A DNA stretch of 64,000 nucleotides from positions 192,001-256,000 of the IMG/VR virus record IMGVR_UViG_3300032243_000867; one strand, given 5' to 3'. The position numbers and the translations under genes were made by a program. Positions 20,201 through 29,642 of the stretch are shown piece after piece. How positions within the stretch are numbered: position 1 is the stretch's first letter; the number at the start of each line of letters is the position of its first letter. The notes beneath the pieces were generated by a model. It had not been told where the DNA came from and made no database searches. It saw only the letters and a program-made list of their open reading frames with translations. The DNA comes from a virus (Duplodnaviria > Caudoviricetes).

Positions 20201-22895
20201 GGTGGCAAGCACACCCGACGGGGGGTACAACTACTCGCGTGGGACGCTGATCGACACCAAGTGGGCGCGGGGCACCGTTACGGTTCTCACCCCGATTGCC
20301 GGGGACACCCTCACCATTGATGCCTCGCCCGCGCCGATTCTGGGCCCGACCGTCACCCTGACGGCGGGCACCAGTTACTCCATCGGGGCCACGAACGTGG
20401 ACACGGCGACGAACCTCGCCGCCGCGATCAACGCGAGTATCCTCGCCCCGAACTACCTCGAAGCCGCGGCCAACGGCATTCGCGTCACCCTCACTACCAA
20501 CACCAGCGGATCACCCGGCAACGGCATCGGGCTATCTACCGTCAGCGGCGGGCGGCTGGTGCTATCGGGCGCGACCCTCGCGGGCGCAGCGACGGACCCG
20601 GAGAACGGCGATTGGTACCTAGAAACACCCTTCGGTGACACCCGCGCCTCGGGCAGCACCGTCTCCATCACCAGCACCCCGGCGGAAGCGGGGCTGGGCA
20701 CCTACTACGGCTACGGGTACACGGACCCGTTCCTCAACGGGCGACGGGTGACGGCCTTCGACGCGAAGGTATCGGTGCAGCGAGATACGGCGGGCGTCGG
20801 CGGTGCGACCCTTGTGCTGCGCGACACACACAAGGAAGCCCGCCTCGCTACCCTGCGGTGGATCGACAAGGGAGTGCTCGGGAAGTTCATCTTCCGCACG
20901 GATACCGTATCCCTCGTAGGCAGCACCCCGTACTGGCAGCAAGGCTGGGACGGGCTCGCGGGGGACCGTGCGTTTGCCAACGGCCCGGAACAAGTGCTTC
21001 GCGGGGGCGACCTCCCGTGGTCGGTGTTCCGAAACCTCACCCCGTACCACTCCCCCGACGTGGGGAGGTTCTTGGAGTTCCGCCTCGCGGTGGAAAGCTC
21101 GACCCCCGGCGCGCTGGGCCGCATCGGGCTGTCTCTCTCCTGTGAGTTTGGCCCCATCCCCCGCGCCGTGTACCTAGAGTTCCGCACGGGCGGTGTGACG
21201 CTCACCACCGCACCGGGCGCGGGTGCTATCGTAAACGTCGGCGTGCCGTGGGAAGATGGCGCTGCCCGTACCTACCGTGTCACCTACAACGTAGGTACGA
21301 ACACCGTTGATCTGCACATCGACGGCGTGGCGGGCGTTCTGGGCGTCGCCCTCGGGCTGTTCTCACCGAGCTCCCTTTCGGGCAGCGCGCAGGTGCAGTC
21401 CGACGTGGTCGCGGGGGCGGGCTTCACGGCCAACCTCCGGGGCTTGTGTTACGGCGGGACGGACGAAGGGGTGTCGGGCCTCGGGCGCACCTTCGGTATC
21501 TACCTCGGCGGCGACCCGCAAGACTTCAACAACTGGCGTATCCCTCGCACGGACGGGCTGAACGTCCCGAACAGCGACCCCTCGTCGGTCATCACCCCGA
21601 TGGATTGGTCGAGCGAGTGCTGGGTGCGGGTGTTCATGGACCCGACCTTCGGCGTGGCCTTCATCCGCCCTGACCTCGCGCCCCCGCCCGGATACACGGG
21701 CGACTTCGCCACGCAGTCGATGAACCCCAGCGCCGGGTGGGTGAGGCTGGAGTACGCGAAGCTACCGAGATTGCCCTCCGCCGAACGCTTCGGGGCCGTT
21801 TCTTTCGGCGCACTGAACGCGAACGGCTCGGTGCTCTCGACGTGGAACGACGTGCGGTACCGGGTGTTCACGAACACGTCGGTGGACTACGCGGCTCCGC
21901 AGGGGATGGCCCTGAACCGCTGGAACGTGGTATCCAGCAACGAGTTCGCGCGCGACACCACCCCGGAAGAAGTGGTCGTCGCCAGCGTAACCCGGTTCCG
22001 GGTTTCACTCCGTCCGTGCCACATCTTCGCGGACCGGGTGTTCGCCGTGCGGGTGGGCGGTGTGACGGTGCCGCAGAACCTCTGGCGGTTCAACCGCGAT
22101 AGCCAAGAGGTCACTCTGGTGCCGGGGCTCCCTTCGGAGGGCTATCCCGTGAACGTGGTGTTCGCGCCCGGTAGGCCGATCACCACCACCTACCTGCAAT
22201 CGCAGCCGTTCGACCAGTCGCAGACGATTCTGAACGAGGGCACGCCGACGTTCCAAGAGTCGCAGTCGGGCACGGCGGCGTATTCCACCATCACCCTCGA
22301 TACCGTCTCGGGCGACGGCGGGCGCACCCCCAAGTTCCCGCCCGCTGGCCCCACCGACCCGGAGTACTTCCTTCGGGATCAGTACCTCGTACGGCAAGCG
22401 TCGGACACCGACGCCCTGTACGAGCGCATGGACTTCATCCGCCTCGAAGACGGCGGGCAGCGCGGACGGATCTCCTCGTACTGCGAGGGCGGTCCCGGCC
22501 CGGACGGGACGTGGGCGACGACGGAGTTCGCCTTCGCGGGAGCGGCCTTCACCGACCCCTACGCGGGGCGGGTGCGCCCCCCGGTAGGCGTGCGCCCCGG
22601 TTCGTACCGCTACTCCCTCATGGCCTCGGGGGCTGGGTTCAACGGCGGCGAACTGGGAACCTACTCGTTCGCAAATCCGACAACGGGCGTGGTAGCGCCC
22701 TTCAGCGGGGCTTCTCCCGTCACGACGGGTGCCGAACCTCGGATGCTCTACGCCACGGCACCTTCCTCGGGCGTGGTGCGGGGCACCGACAATGGGGCCA
22801 TCTACCGGGAAACCCTGTTCGTCCTTCGCACGGGCGCGGCACCGGGCACGGTCACCGTCTGGACGGGCGGGAGTCCGCAACAGACGTGGGGTTGA
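17253..22895 (+). CDS. Very large baseplate/tail structural protein, 1880 aa
   Basis: Follows the J-like gene; Thr/Gly/Val beta-rich; HYH/HTH motifs; shared IG...T.TNLAAAIN module. Confidence 0.7.
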   Translation: MTTPIIPKSPVLYGLYRFFPPSVYGPAPQNPAPFNLHGQVDLDRVKSLADQIVTVFLNSLPSNYVSQVKGPYYVQQFQAAAEELAKIQVLLSDAYEDSDYDFTRTEVLYQFLATLVFPDSGKSGLPQIDGDLTYRDFLKRMVALLLQGSKYVSLVGGLEALTDANVSVLEKVKHLSDPGILWTLADQFTFEVDVSNFKRTGTTTAITVATHYHTVTVNVSGTGTTASVLYDAGTGPAHTHTITDFLVQEGAGTGQAPHTHDLISTFPDLPIVLQRNAALVLQALDPASTLYEYRNLFRENLRGLITDQVTAMDLSSGYYEDFRHDCSGVREISGTDGIVGADRFLFHDPTLSFRSVRVGAELVIPVLPPPAPSSHLPRENRYRVTAVVPFPYGDDPIPRAYTTSPTGLTGFVTVSEGAFTDTTQNFTLCGEGETITLTSGPNAGTYLLDVATGLNGGPLGNPATLGPSTGVRPVPSYLRVVPRIMTPGTGITYRVMVDHLGVRVPQTVTNEDAGWYFFGPAVTDTLYTRLGPLVKSWGDATPAQVADVTVRYDGLPIPVSAVNPYTGEVTLAAPVAPFAPGAHTVTVSYRWFISPVTGMAGLNTKGLTLNKWSLRGGRNTTTTPTPTSVYGGFYTTPFPMGVTLGRFNRRAPSLRIAHRYIGFEKGYTASLNSPTTMLLNQVPGRTSVPYAVADVSPQSFRYEGDVLPAAPWEPVGPVLGSLNEGYYTLADNSPAQVGYWKRDFALPTSTTVAMAARFRVVSASPDGVFAGVGFGFHNNRRLFFAGALRVPNPVTGEPLRHIGILLRPGDASLRSSWTIGPNADGKVQKLSAGATYGTVAVPTATVPTLVTAGDKFQILDGTQAGVYTITDLYLSRRTGQTFLVVSPPFPANPELFGNRDVTLYFDTPWDAGMCTWRLYANTRSQSVTVVFGGTSGSTTSVTTNTLASPAYLGPDVLPEGYGRALWGSLDRIATNTATWDFVRVASTPDGGYNYSRGTLIDTKWARGTVTVLTPIAGDTLTIDASPAPILGPTVTLTAGTSYSIGATNVDTATNLAAAINASILAPNYLEAAANGIRVTLTTNTSGSPGNGIGLSTVSGGRLVLSGATLAGAATDPENGDWYLETPFGDTRASGSTVSITSTPAEAGLGTYYGYGYTDPFLNGRRVTAFDAKVSVQRDTAGVGGATLVLRDTHKEARLATLRWIDKGVLGKFIFRTDTVSLVGSTPYWQQGWDGLAGDRAFANGPEQVLRGGDLPWSVFRNLTPYHSPDVGRFLEFRLAVESSTPGALGRIGLSLSCEFGPIPRAVYLEFRTGGVTLTTAPGAGAIVNVGVPWEDGAARTYRVTYNVGTNTVDLHIDGVAGVLGVALGLFSPSSLSGSAQVQSDVVAGAGFTANLRGLCYGGTDEGVSGLGRTFGIYLGGDPQDFNNWRIPRTDGLNVPNSDPSSVITPMDWSSECWVRVFMDPTFGVAFIRPDLAPPPGYTGDFATQSMNPSAGWVRLEYAKLPRLPSAERFGAVSFGALNANGSVLSTWNDVRYRVFTNTSVDYAAPQGMALNRWNVVSSNEFARDTTPEEVVVASVTRFRVSLRPCHIFADRVFAVRVGGVTVPQNLWRFNRDSQEVTLVPGLPSEGYPVNVVFAPGRPITTTYLQSQPFDQSQTILNEGTPTFQESQSGTAAYSTITLDTVSGDGGRTPKFPPAGPTDPEYFLRDQYLVRQASDTDALYERMDFIRLEDGGQRGRISSYCEGGPGPDGTWATTEFAFAGAAFTDPYAGRVRPPVGVRPGSYRYSLMASGAGFNGGELGTYSFANPTTGVVAPFSGASPVTTGAEPRMLYATAPSSGVVRGTDNGAIYRETLFVLRTGAAPGTVTVWTGGSPQQTWG

Positions 22896-22931
22896 CCCGC
22901 CGTTACCTTGCCTATACTGACCTCATATTAT

Positions 22932-23087
22932 ATGGCAGCGAAGGTTCAAGTGCTCGTCGGATTCGATGCAGACCAGATTGAATGGCTCAAGTCTGAGAGC
23001 CTTCGACGCCGCGTGCCCAGAGCTCAAGTTGTTCGCGAGCTAGTCCTCCGAGAAATGACTCCGCAACCGAAAACGCCCGTCGAATGA
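22932..23087 (+). CDS. Ribbon-helix-helix (CopG-like) protein, 51 aa
   Basis: MAAKVQVLVGFDADQIEWLKSESLRRRVPRAQVVRELV; ATGA overlap with tnpB. Confidence 0.7.
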   Translation: MAAKVQVLVGFDADQIEWLKSESLRRRVPRAQVVRELVLREMTPQPKTPVE

Positions 23088-24322
23088 TCTTGCGGGCCTA
23101 CAGGGTAGAGCTCGACCCAAACGACCGGCAACGGACGGCCTTTATCCGTCATGCCGGGTCCGTGAGGTTCGTCTACAACTGGGGCCTCGCTACTTTGATG
23201 CAGGACTACGCGGAGCGGAAAGCTGCCACCCCCGAAGGCGAAAAGGTGAAGGGTGGGTTGCGACCTCTCGATCTACAAGCCCGCCTTCCGGCGTTGAAGA
23301 TCGAGCACCCGTGGCTCGCGGAAGTTACCGCACAGTCTCTCCAGATGTCTGTTCGCAACCTCGACCGTGCGTTCCGAGGCTTCTTTCGACGGGTGAAAGC
23401 GGGTCTCACTCCCGGATACCCCCGCTTCAAGAAGCGCGGGTTGACCAAGCCCGCGTTCCAATTTGCTCAGAAGGTCAAGGCTACGGGGACTCGCGTTTGT
23501 CTCCCGAAGATCGGACCCGTGCGGTTGAAGCAGCGGGGCTACATCCCCGCAGACCTCCCCCTCAAAACCGTCACCGTCAGGGAGGTTGTGGGGAGGTGGT
23601 TCGTAACGGTTCTGGTTGAGGTTCCAGACCCACCGAAGGTCGAAACGACCGGGGGGATCATTGGGATCGACCTCGGCGTCAAGACCCTCGCCACCCTATC
23701 GGACGGAACGGTCTACCCCAACCCGAAACACCTTGAACGGTCTCAAGATTCCCTAACGCGCCTTCAACGGAAGCTCTCCCGTCAGCAGAAAGGATCGAAC
23801 AGACGGGCCAAGACCAAGGTCCGCATTGCGAAGGCCCACGCACGGATCAGTAACCAACGGGTGGGTAGCCTCCACAAGATGACCAGCGAAGTCGTGAAAA
23901 CCAAGCGACCTACGACTATCGTCATCGAGGACTTGAACGTCGCGGGAATGACCCGGAATCGTCGTCTAGCGAGGGCGGTGAGTTCCGCATCGTTCGCGGA
24001 GATTCGTCGTCAACTAACATACAAGTGTGACTGGCACGGGGTGAAACTCGTGGTAGCAGACCGCTTCTATCCGTCCAGCAAGACTTGCAACGGCTGCGGG
24101 GCGGTGAAGAGCGACATCACCTTGGGGGAGCGTACCTACGTCTGCGACCTTTGCGGGTATGTTCGAGACCGAGACGTGAACGCGGCTCTCAACCTACGGG
24201 GTTGGGGAATGAATTTTCTGGCCGGGGGAACCCCGGCGACTGCTCGCGGAGGAAACGTAAGACCCGAAGCAATTCGGGCAGATTCCGTTGAAACGAGAAC
24301 CGATCAGGGGACGGCCCCGTAA
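23084..24322 (+). CDS. tnpB: TnpB RNA-guided endonuclease
   Basis: HTH_OrfB N-terminus (AYRVELDPN..RFVYNWGL); RuvC GIDLG, VIEDL, DRDVNAA; CxxC..CxxC. Confidence 0.95.
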   Translation: MILRAYRVELDPNDRQRTAFIRHAGSVRFVYNWGLATLMQDYAERKAATPEGEKVKGGLRPLDLQARLPALKIEHPWLAEVTAQSLQMSVRNLDRAFRGFFRRVKAGLTPGYPRFKKRGLTKPAFQFAQKVKATGTRVCLPKIGPVRLKQRGYIPADLPLKTVTVREVVGRWFVTVLVEVPDPPKVETTGGIIGIDLGVKTLATLSDGTVYPNPKHLERSQDSLTRLQRKLSRQQKGSNRRAKTKVRIAKAHARISNQRVGSLHKMTSEVVKTKRPTTIVIEDLNVAGMTRNRRLARAVSSASFAEIRRQLTYKCDWHGVKLVVADRFYPSSKTCNGCGAVKSDITLGERTYVCDLCGYVRDRDVNAALNLRGWGMNFLAGGTPATARGGNVRPEAIRADSVETRTDQGTAP

Positions 24323-24364
24323 GCATCGGAGTTCAACGTATCCCGCCTATAAACGGGAGAGGGT

Positions 24365-25015
24365 ATGCGCTACGCCGACCGGGTCAACCGACCCCGCGAG
24401 GGACTCAAGATGGGCTTCGATTTCGGGCACGCCGATGGTGTGGTGTCCCTCAAGGGGACGTACATCATTCACCTCACGGACATCGCCACGGGTGAAGTTC
24501 TCGATCACCGAGAGAAGTCAAACATCGTCACGCTGGACGGCGGGATTCTGGTCGCGTTGCTTCTCGCCTCGGGTCCGACCCCGGTGCCTCCTTCGCAGCG
24601 CGGGCTCACCATGCTCGCCGTGGGCACGGGGGCGACGGGGCCGTTGCTGAACCCCGACGCGCCCGACCCCCGGCAACGGAAGCTCAACAGCGAGCTCTGG
24701 CGCAAGGTTTTCAGCGTTCGCCAGTTCCGCAACTCGACAGGCGGTGCCGTGAGCTATCCCACCAACGTGGTGGACTTCACGGCGACCTTCGGCGCGGGCG
24801 AGGCCGAAGGTCCCCTCAACGAGATGGGCCTGCTACGCACCCTCACCCTCGGGCCGACCCCCGGTACGCCGATTACCCCGGCCCCGGTGTTCCCGGCATA
24901 TGACCCGACCGTGGATCTCACGAACTACGACATCCTCGCGAACTACACAACCTTCGGGGTATGCGTGAAACCCGCGAACAGCCTCCTCACCATCACTTGG
25001 CGGCTTACGACGTGA
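24365..25015 (+). CDS. Tail/baseplate protein, DUF3751-like
   Basis: NIVT..G..LAVGTG..LNSELWRK..F.ATFG.GEA.G.LNEMGL..LTITWRL. Confidence 0.7.
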   Translation: MRYADRVNRPREGLKMGFDFGHADGVVSLKGTYIIHLTDIATGEVLDHREKSNIVTLDGGILVALLLASGPTPVPPSQRGLTMLAVGTGATGPLLNPDAPDPRQRKLNSELWRKVFSVRQFRNSTGGAVSYPTNVVDFTATFGAGEAEGPLNEMGLLRTLTLGPTPGTPITPAPVFPAYDPTVDLTNYDILANYTTFGVCVKPANSLLTITWRLTT

Positions 25016-26346
25016 ACGAGAAGCTCTACGTCCTCGATACTTCCGTTCTCATCCACGACCCCGAAGCTCTGAGGTCGTTCCGCGGCACATCGGTCGCCAT
25101 TCCGATCTTCGTGGTGATGGAGCTCGACGACCTCAAGGTGAGCACCCGTCACGAGGTGTCGAGTGCAGCCCGCACGGCTTCGCGGCGCATCGCCCGCATC
25201 GTTTCGCAGGGCGACGTGAACAACCCGAACGGGATCAACGATCTCAAGACCGGGAGCACGTTCTACGTCGTCGGTCAGGACGAGCACTTCGAGAGCCTCC
25301 AGAACACCACCTTGTCCCGCAAGATGGACCTGCTCATCCTCGGCAGCGCCCTGAAGCTACAGGAACGCTTTGCCAACAAAACGGTGGTGCTGGTTTCCAA
25401 GGACGTGAACCTTCGCATTCTCGCCGCCGCCAAGGGCGTCGGGGCGGAGGATTATCGCAAGGACCGGGTGGACCCGAACGAGGTTCCCTCGGGCGTTCAT
25501 ACCCAGGTGCTCACGGACCCCGATGCCCTTCAGCCCCTCTACGGGGCGGACCCGCCCGATACGGTGCCGTGCGTAGACCTAGACGCGGTGTCCCCCAACG
25601 AGTTCATTCGGTTCACCGGGCAAGGGTTCAGCCCCCAGTTGTTCCGATGGAACGGGACCGCCTTGCGCCCCGCTTCGCGCGGGAAGGGCATGAAGTTCGA
25701 GGCCCGCAACGACGGCCAGCGTATGGCGCTGGACCTATTGATGGACCCGAAGGTCCACCTCGTCGTGCTGAACGGCGCGGCGGGCTCGGGCAAAACGCTG
25801 CTCAGCCTGATGGCGGGGCTGTACCAGTTGGAACGCCAATACGACAAGATCATCCTGTCGAAGCCCGTGGTGTCGATGGGCCGTGACCTCGGGTATCTAC
25901 CCGGCACCGAGAGCGACAAGATGCACCCGTGGATGTTGTCGTTCTACGACAACCTCGACCAGCTTCTCACCACCGATGCGAAGGAAAACAAGCGCAAGGG
26001 GGTCAAGGAGAAGAACTGGGAGCAACTGATGCAATCGGGGCAGGTGGAAATCCAGCCCATGCACAGCATCCGTGGGCGGTCTATCCCGCGCTCGTTCATG
26101 CTGTTCGACGAGATTCAGAACGCCACCCCCCACGAGGTGAAAACCGTGGTGAGCCGTGCGGCCACGGGGACGAAGGTAGTCCTGTGCGGTGACCCGTCGC
26201 AGATCGACGACCCGTTTCTGGATGCCTTCAGCAACGGGTTGGTACACGCCGCGAAGATGACTCGGGAATCACCCTTGGCCGGGTCGGTCTATCTCGGTGA
26301 GGGCGTCCGCAGCCCACTGGCAGAGCTCGCGGCCAAGTCCCTCTGA
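25012..26346 (+). CDS. phoH: PIN-PhoH (PhoH2/YlaK-like) protein
   Basis: YVLDTSVLIHDP PIN motif; GAAGSGKT; LGYLPG; RGRS; DEIQN; GDPSQID. Confidence 0.93.
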   Translation: MNEKLYVLDTSVLIHDPEALRSFRGTSVAIPIFVVMELDDLKVSTRHEVSSAARTASRRIARIVSQGDVNNPNGINDLKTGSTFYVVGQDEHFESLQNTTLSRKMDLLILGSALKLQERFANKTVVLVSKDVNLRILAAAKGVGAEDYRKDRVDPNEVPSGVHTQVLTDPDALQPLYGADPPDTVPCVDLDAVSPNEFIRFTGQGFSPQLFRWNGTALRPASRGKGMKFEARNDGQRMALDLLMDPKVHLVVLNGAAGSGKTLLSLMAGLYQLERQYDKIILSKPVVSMGRDLGYLPGTESDKMHPWMLSFYDNLDQLLTTDAKENKRKGVKEKNWEQLMQSGQVEIQPMHSIRGRSIPRSFMLFDEIQNATPHEVKTVVSRAATGTKVVLCGDPSQIDDPFLDAFSNGLVHAAKMTRESPLAGSVYLGEGVRSPLAELAAKSL

Positions 26347-26400
26347 CGGCGGGTTTCCCTTCTATCCGCGTACCGTTGCGGAACTCCTCACAGGTGAACG

Positions 26401-29400
26401 ATGCCCGCTTTCAACCGCTATTACACGCCCCCCGGTTCAGCCGTTCCCTCGTCGGTATCGCGGGATCTGGACCCCGGCGAGTATTCGTGGGACACGGTCG
26501 TCTACCAGAGTGGGCGACCGATCCTCGACGCGGAGCTCAACCTTGCCCAAGACGCCAGCGAGTACAACCGCACCCTTCTCGCGGGTAAGGCCCTGCCCTC
26601 GGGGTTCATCCGCGGGCAAAGCACCTTTTCCGCGCTGAACGACTACGCCTTCGGGTTGCCCCCCGGCGTGCCCGTGAACTCGTTCATTCTTCCCCGCTTG
26701 CTCGCCAACGTAGCGGGAATGCCCGTGGTGGTGGAGTACACGGGCACGGTCACTCCGAACGCAAACGTAGTAACGCTCCCCGCTGCGACCGCGTACGCGG
26801 GTCTCCCGGCGAACATCAAGCGCACGGACTTCGTGTTCCTAGAAGTCTGGCGTGCACAGGTAGCACCCTCACCCCGTGCCTACGGGTACGTCCAGATCGT
26901 GGACTCCCCGTTCGCCATCGCCCCCGGTGACACGATCACCATTGACACGACGGTGTTGGGCGGTGCCCCGGTGGTGCTCGCGGCGGTGGCGGGAGTTCCC
27001 GCCGTGGGGCAGTTCCAGATCGGGGCCAACGCCGACGCGACGGGTGTCAACTTCGCGGCGGCGGTGAACAACCCTGCAAACGGTCTGTTTCCCGACGTGA
27101 CGGCGAACGCCCACAGCTCCAGCATCGTGCAGATCACCGCGGGCACGGGCGGTGTCGTCGGAAACGGCGTCACCCTTGCGGAGAGCACGGCGGGCGCTCG
27201 CATTGTTCTCTCGGGGCCGAATCTCCTCAACGGCGCGAACCGCCCGAACAAGCCCACGCAGGACGCCATCTACCACCACGGCAACGTGGGCTCGCCCCCG
27301 GGTGTGGACCTCCCCGACAACTTGGTCGATCCCGCCCTGAACGTCGAAAGCACCCAACGGGTGCAGGTCCAGTACCGCCTACGGACGTACAGCGACGTGG
27401 CGGCGGGCATCAACCCCAAGACTCAGCCCGACGGGTTCAGCAATACGAACCTACTGGCGCAGGGCGCGGCGGTCGCCCCCGTTGTGGGCTATCCGTTCGT
27501 CCCCGCCGACGGGGTCACCGTCACGGTTAACTCCGACGCCACGGCCTACGGGTTCGTGGACAACGGGCTGTACATTGCGGGTGATGGGACGGCGGTAAGC
27601 GCCGCTGCGCTGGGAACGGTGGACGGGTTCGTGTACGCGATCCCCGTGTGCTTTGCGTTTCGCCGCAACAACGCGGAGGGCACAGGCGGCTTCGATCCGG
27701 CGTCGAACGCGAACGGGGCGCTGTCCTACGGGCACGCCGCACCCTTCTTGAACTCGCACCTAGAGACACCCGGCCCGGTCAACATCGCCGCGAACGCTTC
27801 GGATCGCCCGGACGGGTTGTTCCACGACGTGATTGCGGCGGCGGACGTTCTGGACCTTCGTCGGCACGTCACCCCGCCGGGGTACGACTTCGGCTCGGAG
27901 CTCAAGTACCAGACCCAGTCCCTGCTCGACGCCACCAACCTCTCGTGGCAGGTGGAATCGTCGGACCTCGGGACGATGGGCGCGGGATCGGGCGGGGAGT
28001 CCACCACCCCGATGGTGTGCGACGAGATCGCCCGTCCCGGCAGTCCGGGGTCTGGGGTTTTCGGGGACCGCATCCGCACGTTCGACCACATCGCTCGTCG
28101 GTTTGCTTCTCAGCCCATCGTCGAACGGGTGATCTTCGAGGTGCTACCGAACGCTGTTTCCTACCCCGTGGGCTTCGCGGTGGCGAACTCGGGCACGGGG
28201 TGGTGCGAGGACGACACCATCTCCCTCGACTTCACGGCGCTGGACGCTTCGACACTACAAGACTGGCTGCTTCCCACGGCGGCGCGGCCCGTGACGGGCA
28301 ACTGGCCCGTTGGGACGAAGGTCACCGACGTTCTGGTGAGCTACCACGATGACGGCCATAGCACCGTTCCCGTGGACCAAGTGGTTCAGTTCAAGAGCAT
28401 CACGGGCGTGGGGACCGACGTGGTGACCGTCACCTTGGACCACAACCCGCAGGTAACGAACGTGGCGGCATCGGGGACCATGTTGACCGACCTGTCATTG
28501 GGAGTGAACGGTTCGCAGCGGCGCATCTTCCTAGAGGTTGAGGTCACCTACCCCACGGGTGCGGGGTTGATTCGCACGCCGCGCGCACCCCTCACCCCTA
28601 GCGCGTCCTCGGGATACGCCCCGTACAACGGCGGGGCGATCATCGAGTTCGACCCTTCGCAGCGCCCCACGGACATGGTGGTGGGGTGGGTGCCGCAACC
28701 GAAGTTCCGCCCGCCGTTCCGAGAGGTTCTCCTCGAACAACAAACCAAGAACGTCGTGGACAGCGTCGTCACGCGGGACCCCGCCACCGTCTACACCCCT
28801 CGGAGGGTATCCACCACGGTGGGTATGTTGGCGAACGGGGTTGCTCCCGTGAGCGCCACGGTGGGAAGCTCGGAGCGAAAGGTGGTTCTGGGCGCGGCGG
28901 CGGTGGGGCAAAGCCCCGTGCCGGTGAACTACCGACCGCAAGACCCCATCCCCGACTACGGAGCGTCGGGCTACCGTCTCGACGTGTACTACCAAGGGAC
29001 CGCCCCGCAGACGTGCGGGGTTCAGCCGGGGGCGATTCCGACGAACCTTCTTCCCCACGGCTTCACCGTCGAACCCCTGGCGGTTTCCAACCACGTCTGG
29101 ACGGGTCAAACGGGCGCTGGCTCGGTGGACCTCGCGTTCCCCTACGCGGTGCCCCTCGACAACATCCCGATGGCGAACTTGGTGCCGGGAAGCGACCTTG
29201 AGTGGTACTTCGCGGCGACGGCCGCGGTGGCGGTATCCGACTTCAACGCCGACACGGGCTCGCTCACCTTGCACCCGATGGTGCCGATGGACGCTTCGGC
29301 CCCGTTGACCCTCGGGGATGTCGCGCACGGAACGAAGATCGACGGGGAGTTCCGCGCCTACTACGACTTCGTGAACGCGGGCGGGTACAAGTCCACGGTG

Positions 29401-29637
29401 ATGGCGCAGCCCTTGTCGGGCGCGACCCGTCACAAAGTGTTCACGACGATGCTCGTTCGCCCCACCACGGCGACGTTGCTCTTCCGCCCTGGTGAGCTCG
29501 TCCTTCTGGTGTTCTCTCGGTGGGCCGTGCTGGACGCCGACAACAAGGTGGTGGTGGCCGACCCGCCCGTGGGGACGGCCTCTTCCATCGTGGCCGTGTT
29601 TCGCACCAAGAACCTTCTACTCACCGCAGGTACCTGA
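26401..29637 (+). CDS. Large virion structural protein, 1078 aa
   Basis: N-terminal YQSGRPILDAELNLAQD; RPDGLFHD; shared fibre-like module. Confidence 0.7.
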   Translation: MPAFNRYYTPPGSAVPSSVSRDLDPGEYSWDTVVYQSGRPILDAELNLAQDASEYNRTLLAGKALPSGFIRGQSTFSALNDYAFGLPPGVPVNSFILPRLLANVAGMPVVVEYTGTVTPNANVVTLPAATAYAGLPANIKRTDFVFLEVWRAQVAPSPRAYGYVQIVDSPFAIAPGDTITIDTTVLGGAPVVLAAVAGVPAVGQFQIGANADATGVNFAAAVNNPANGLFPDVTANAHSSSIVQITAGTGGVVGNGVTLAESTAGARIVLSGPNLLNGANRPNKPTQDAIYHHGNVGSPPGVDLPDNLVDPALNVESTQRVQVQYRLRTYSDVAAGINPKTQPDGFSNTNLLAQGAAVAPVVGYPFVPADGVTVTVNSDATAYGFVDNGLYIAGDGTAVSAAALGTVDGFVYAIPVCFAFRRNNAEGTGGFDPASNANGALSYGHAAPFLNSHLETPGPVNIAANASDRPDGLFHDVIAAADVLDLRRHVTPPGYDFGSELKYQTQSLLDATNLSWQVESSDLGTMGAGSGGESTTPMVCDEIARPGSPGSGVFGDRIRTFDHIARRFASQPIVERVIFEVLPNAVSYPVGFAVANSGTGWCEDDTISLDFTALDASTLQDWLLPTAARPVTGNWPVGTKVTDVLVSYHDDGHSTVPVDQVVQFKSITGVGTDVVTVTLDHNPQVTNVAASGTMLTDLSLGVNGSQRRIFLEVEVTYPTGAGLIRTPRAPLTPSASSGYAPYNGGAIIEFDPSQRPTDMVVGWVPQPKFRPPFREVLLEQQTKNVVDSVVTRDPATVYTPRRVSTTVGMLANGVAPVSATVGSSERKVVLGAAAVGQSPVPVNYRPQDPIPDYGASGYRLDVYYQGTAPQTCGVQPGAIPTNLLPHGFTVEPLAVSNHVWTGQTGAGSVDLAFPYAVPLDNIPMANLVPGSDLEWYFAATAAVAVSDFNADTGSLTLHPMVPMDASAPLTLGDVAHGTKIDGEFRAYYDFVNAGGYKSTVMAQPLSGATRHKVFTTMLVRPTTATLLFRPGELVLLVFSRWAVLDADNKVVVADPPVGTASSIVAVFRTKNLLLTAGT

Positions 29638-29642
29638 ACGCC

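Larger units (their letters stand above)
22897..24336 (+). mobile_element. Non-autonomous IS200/IS605-family (IS1341-like) element: RHH gene + tnpB
   Basis: Inferred ends: TTGAC at 22892-22896 on the left, TCAA at 24333-24336 on the right; no tnpA; lower GC. Confidence 0.6.
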
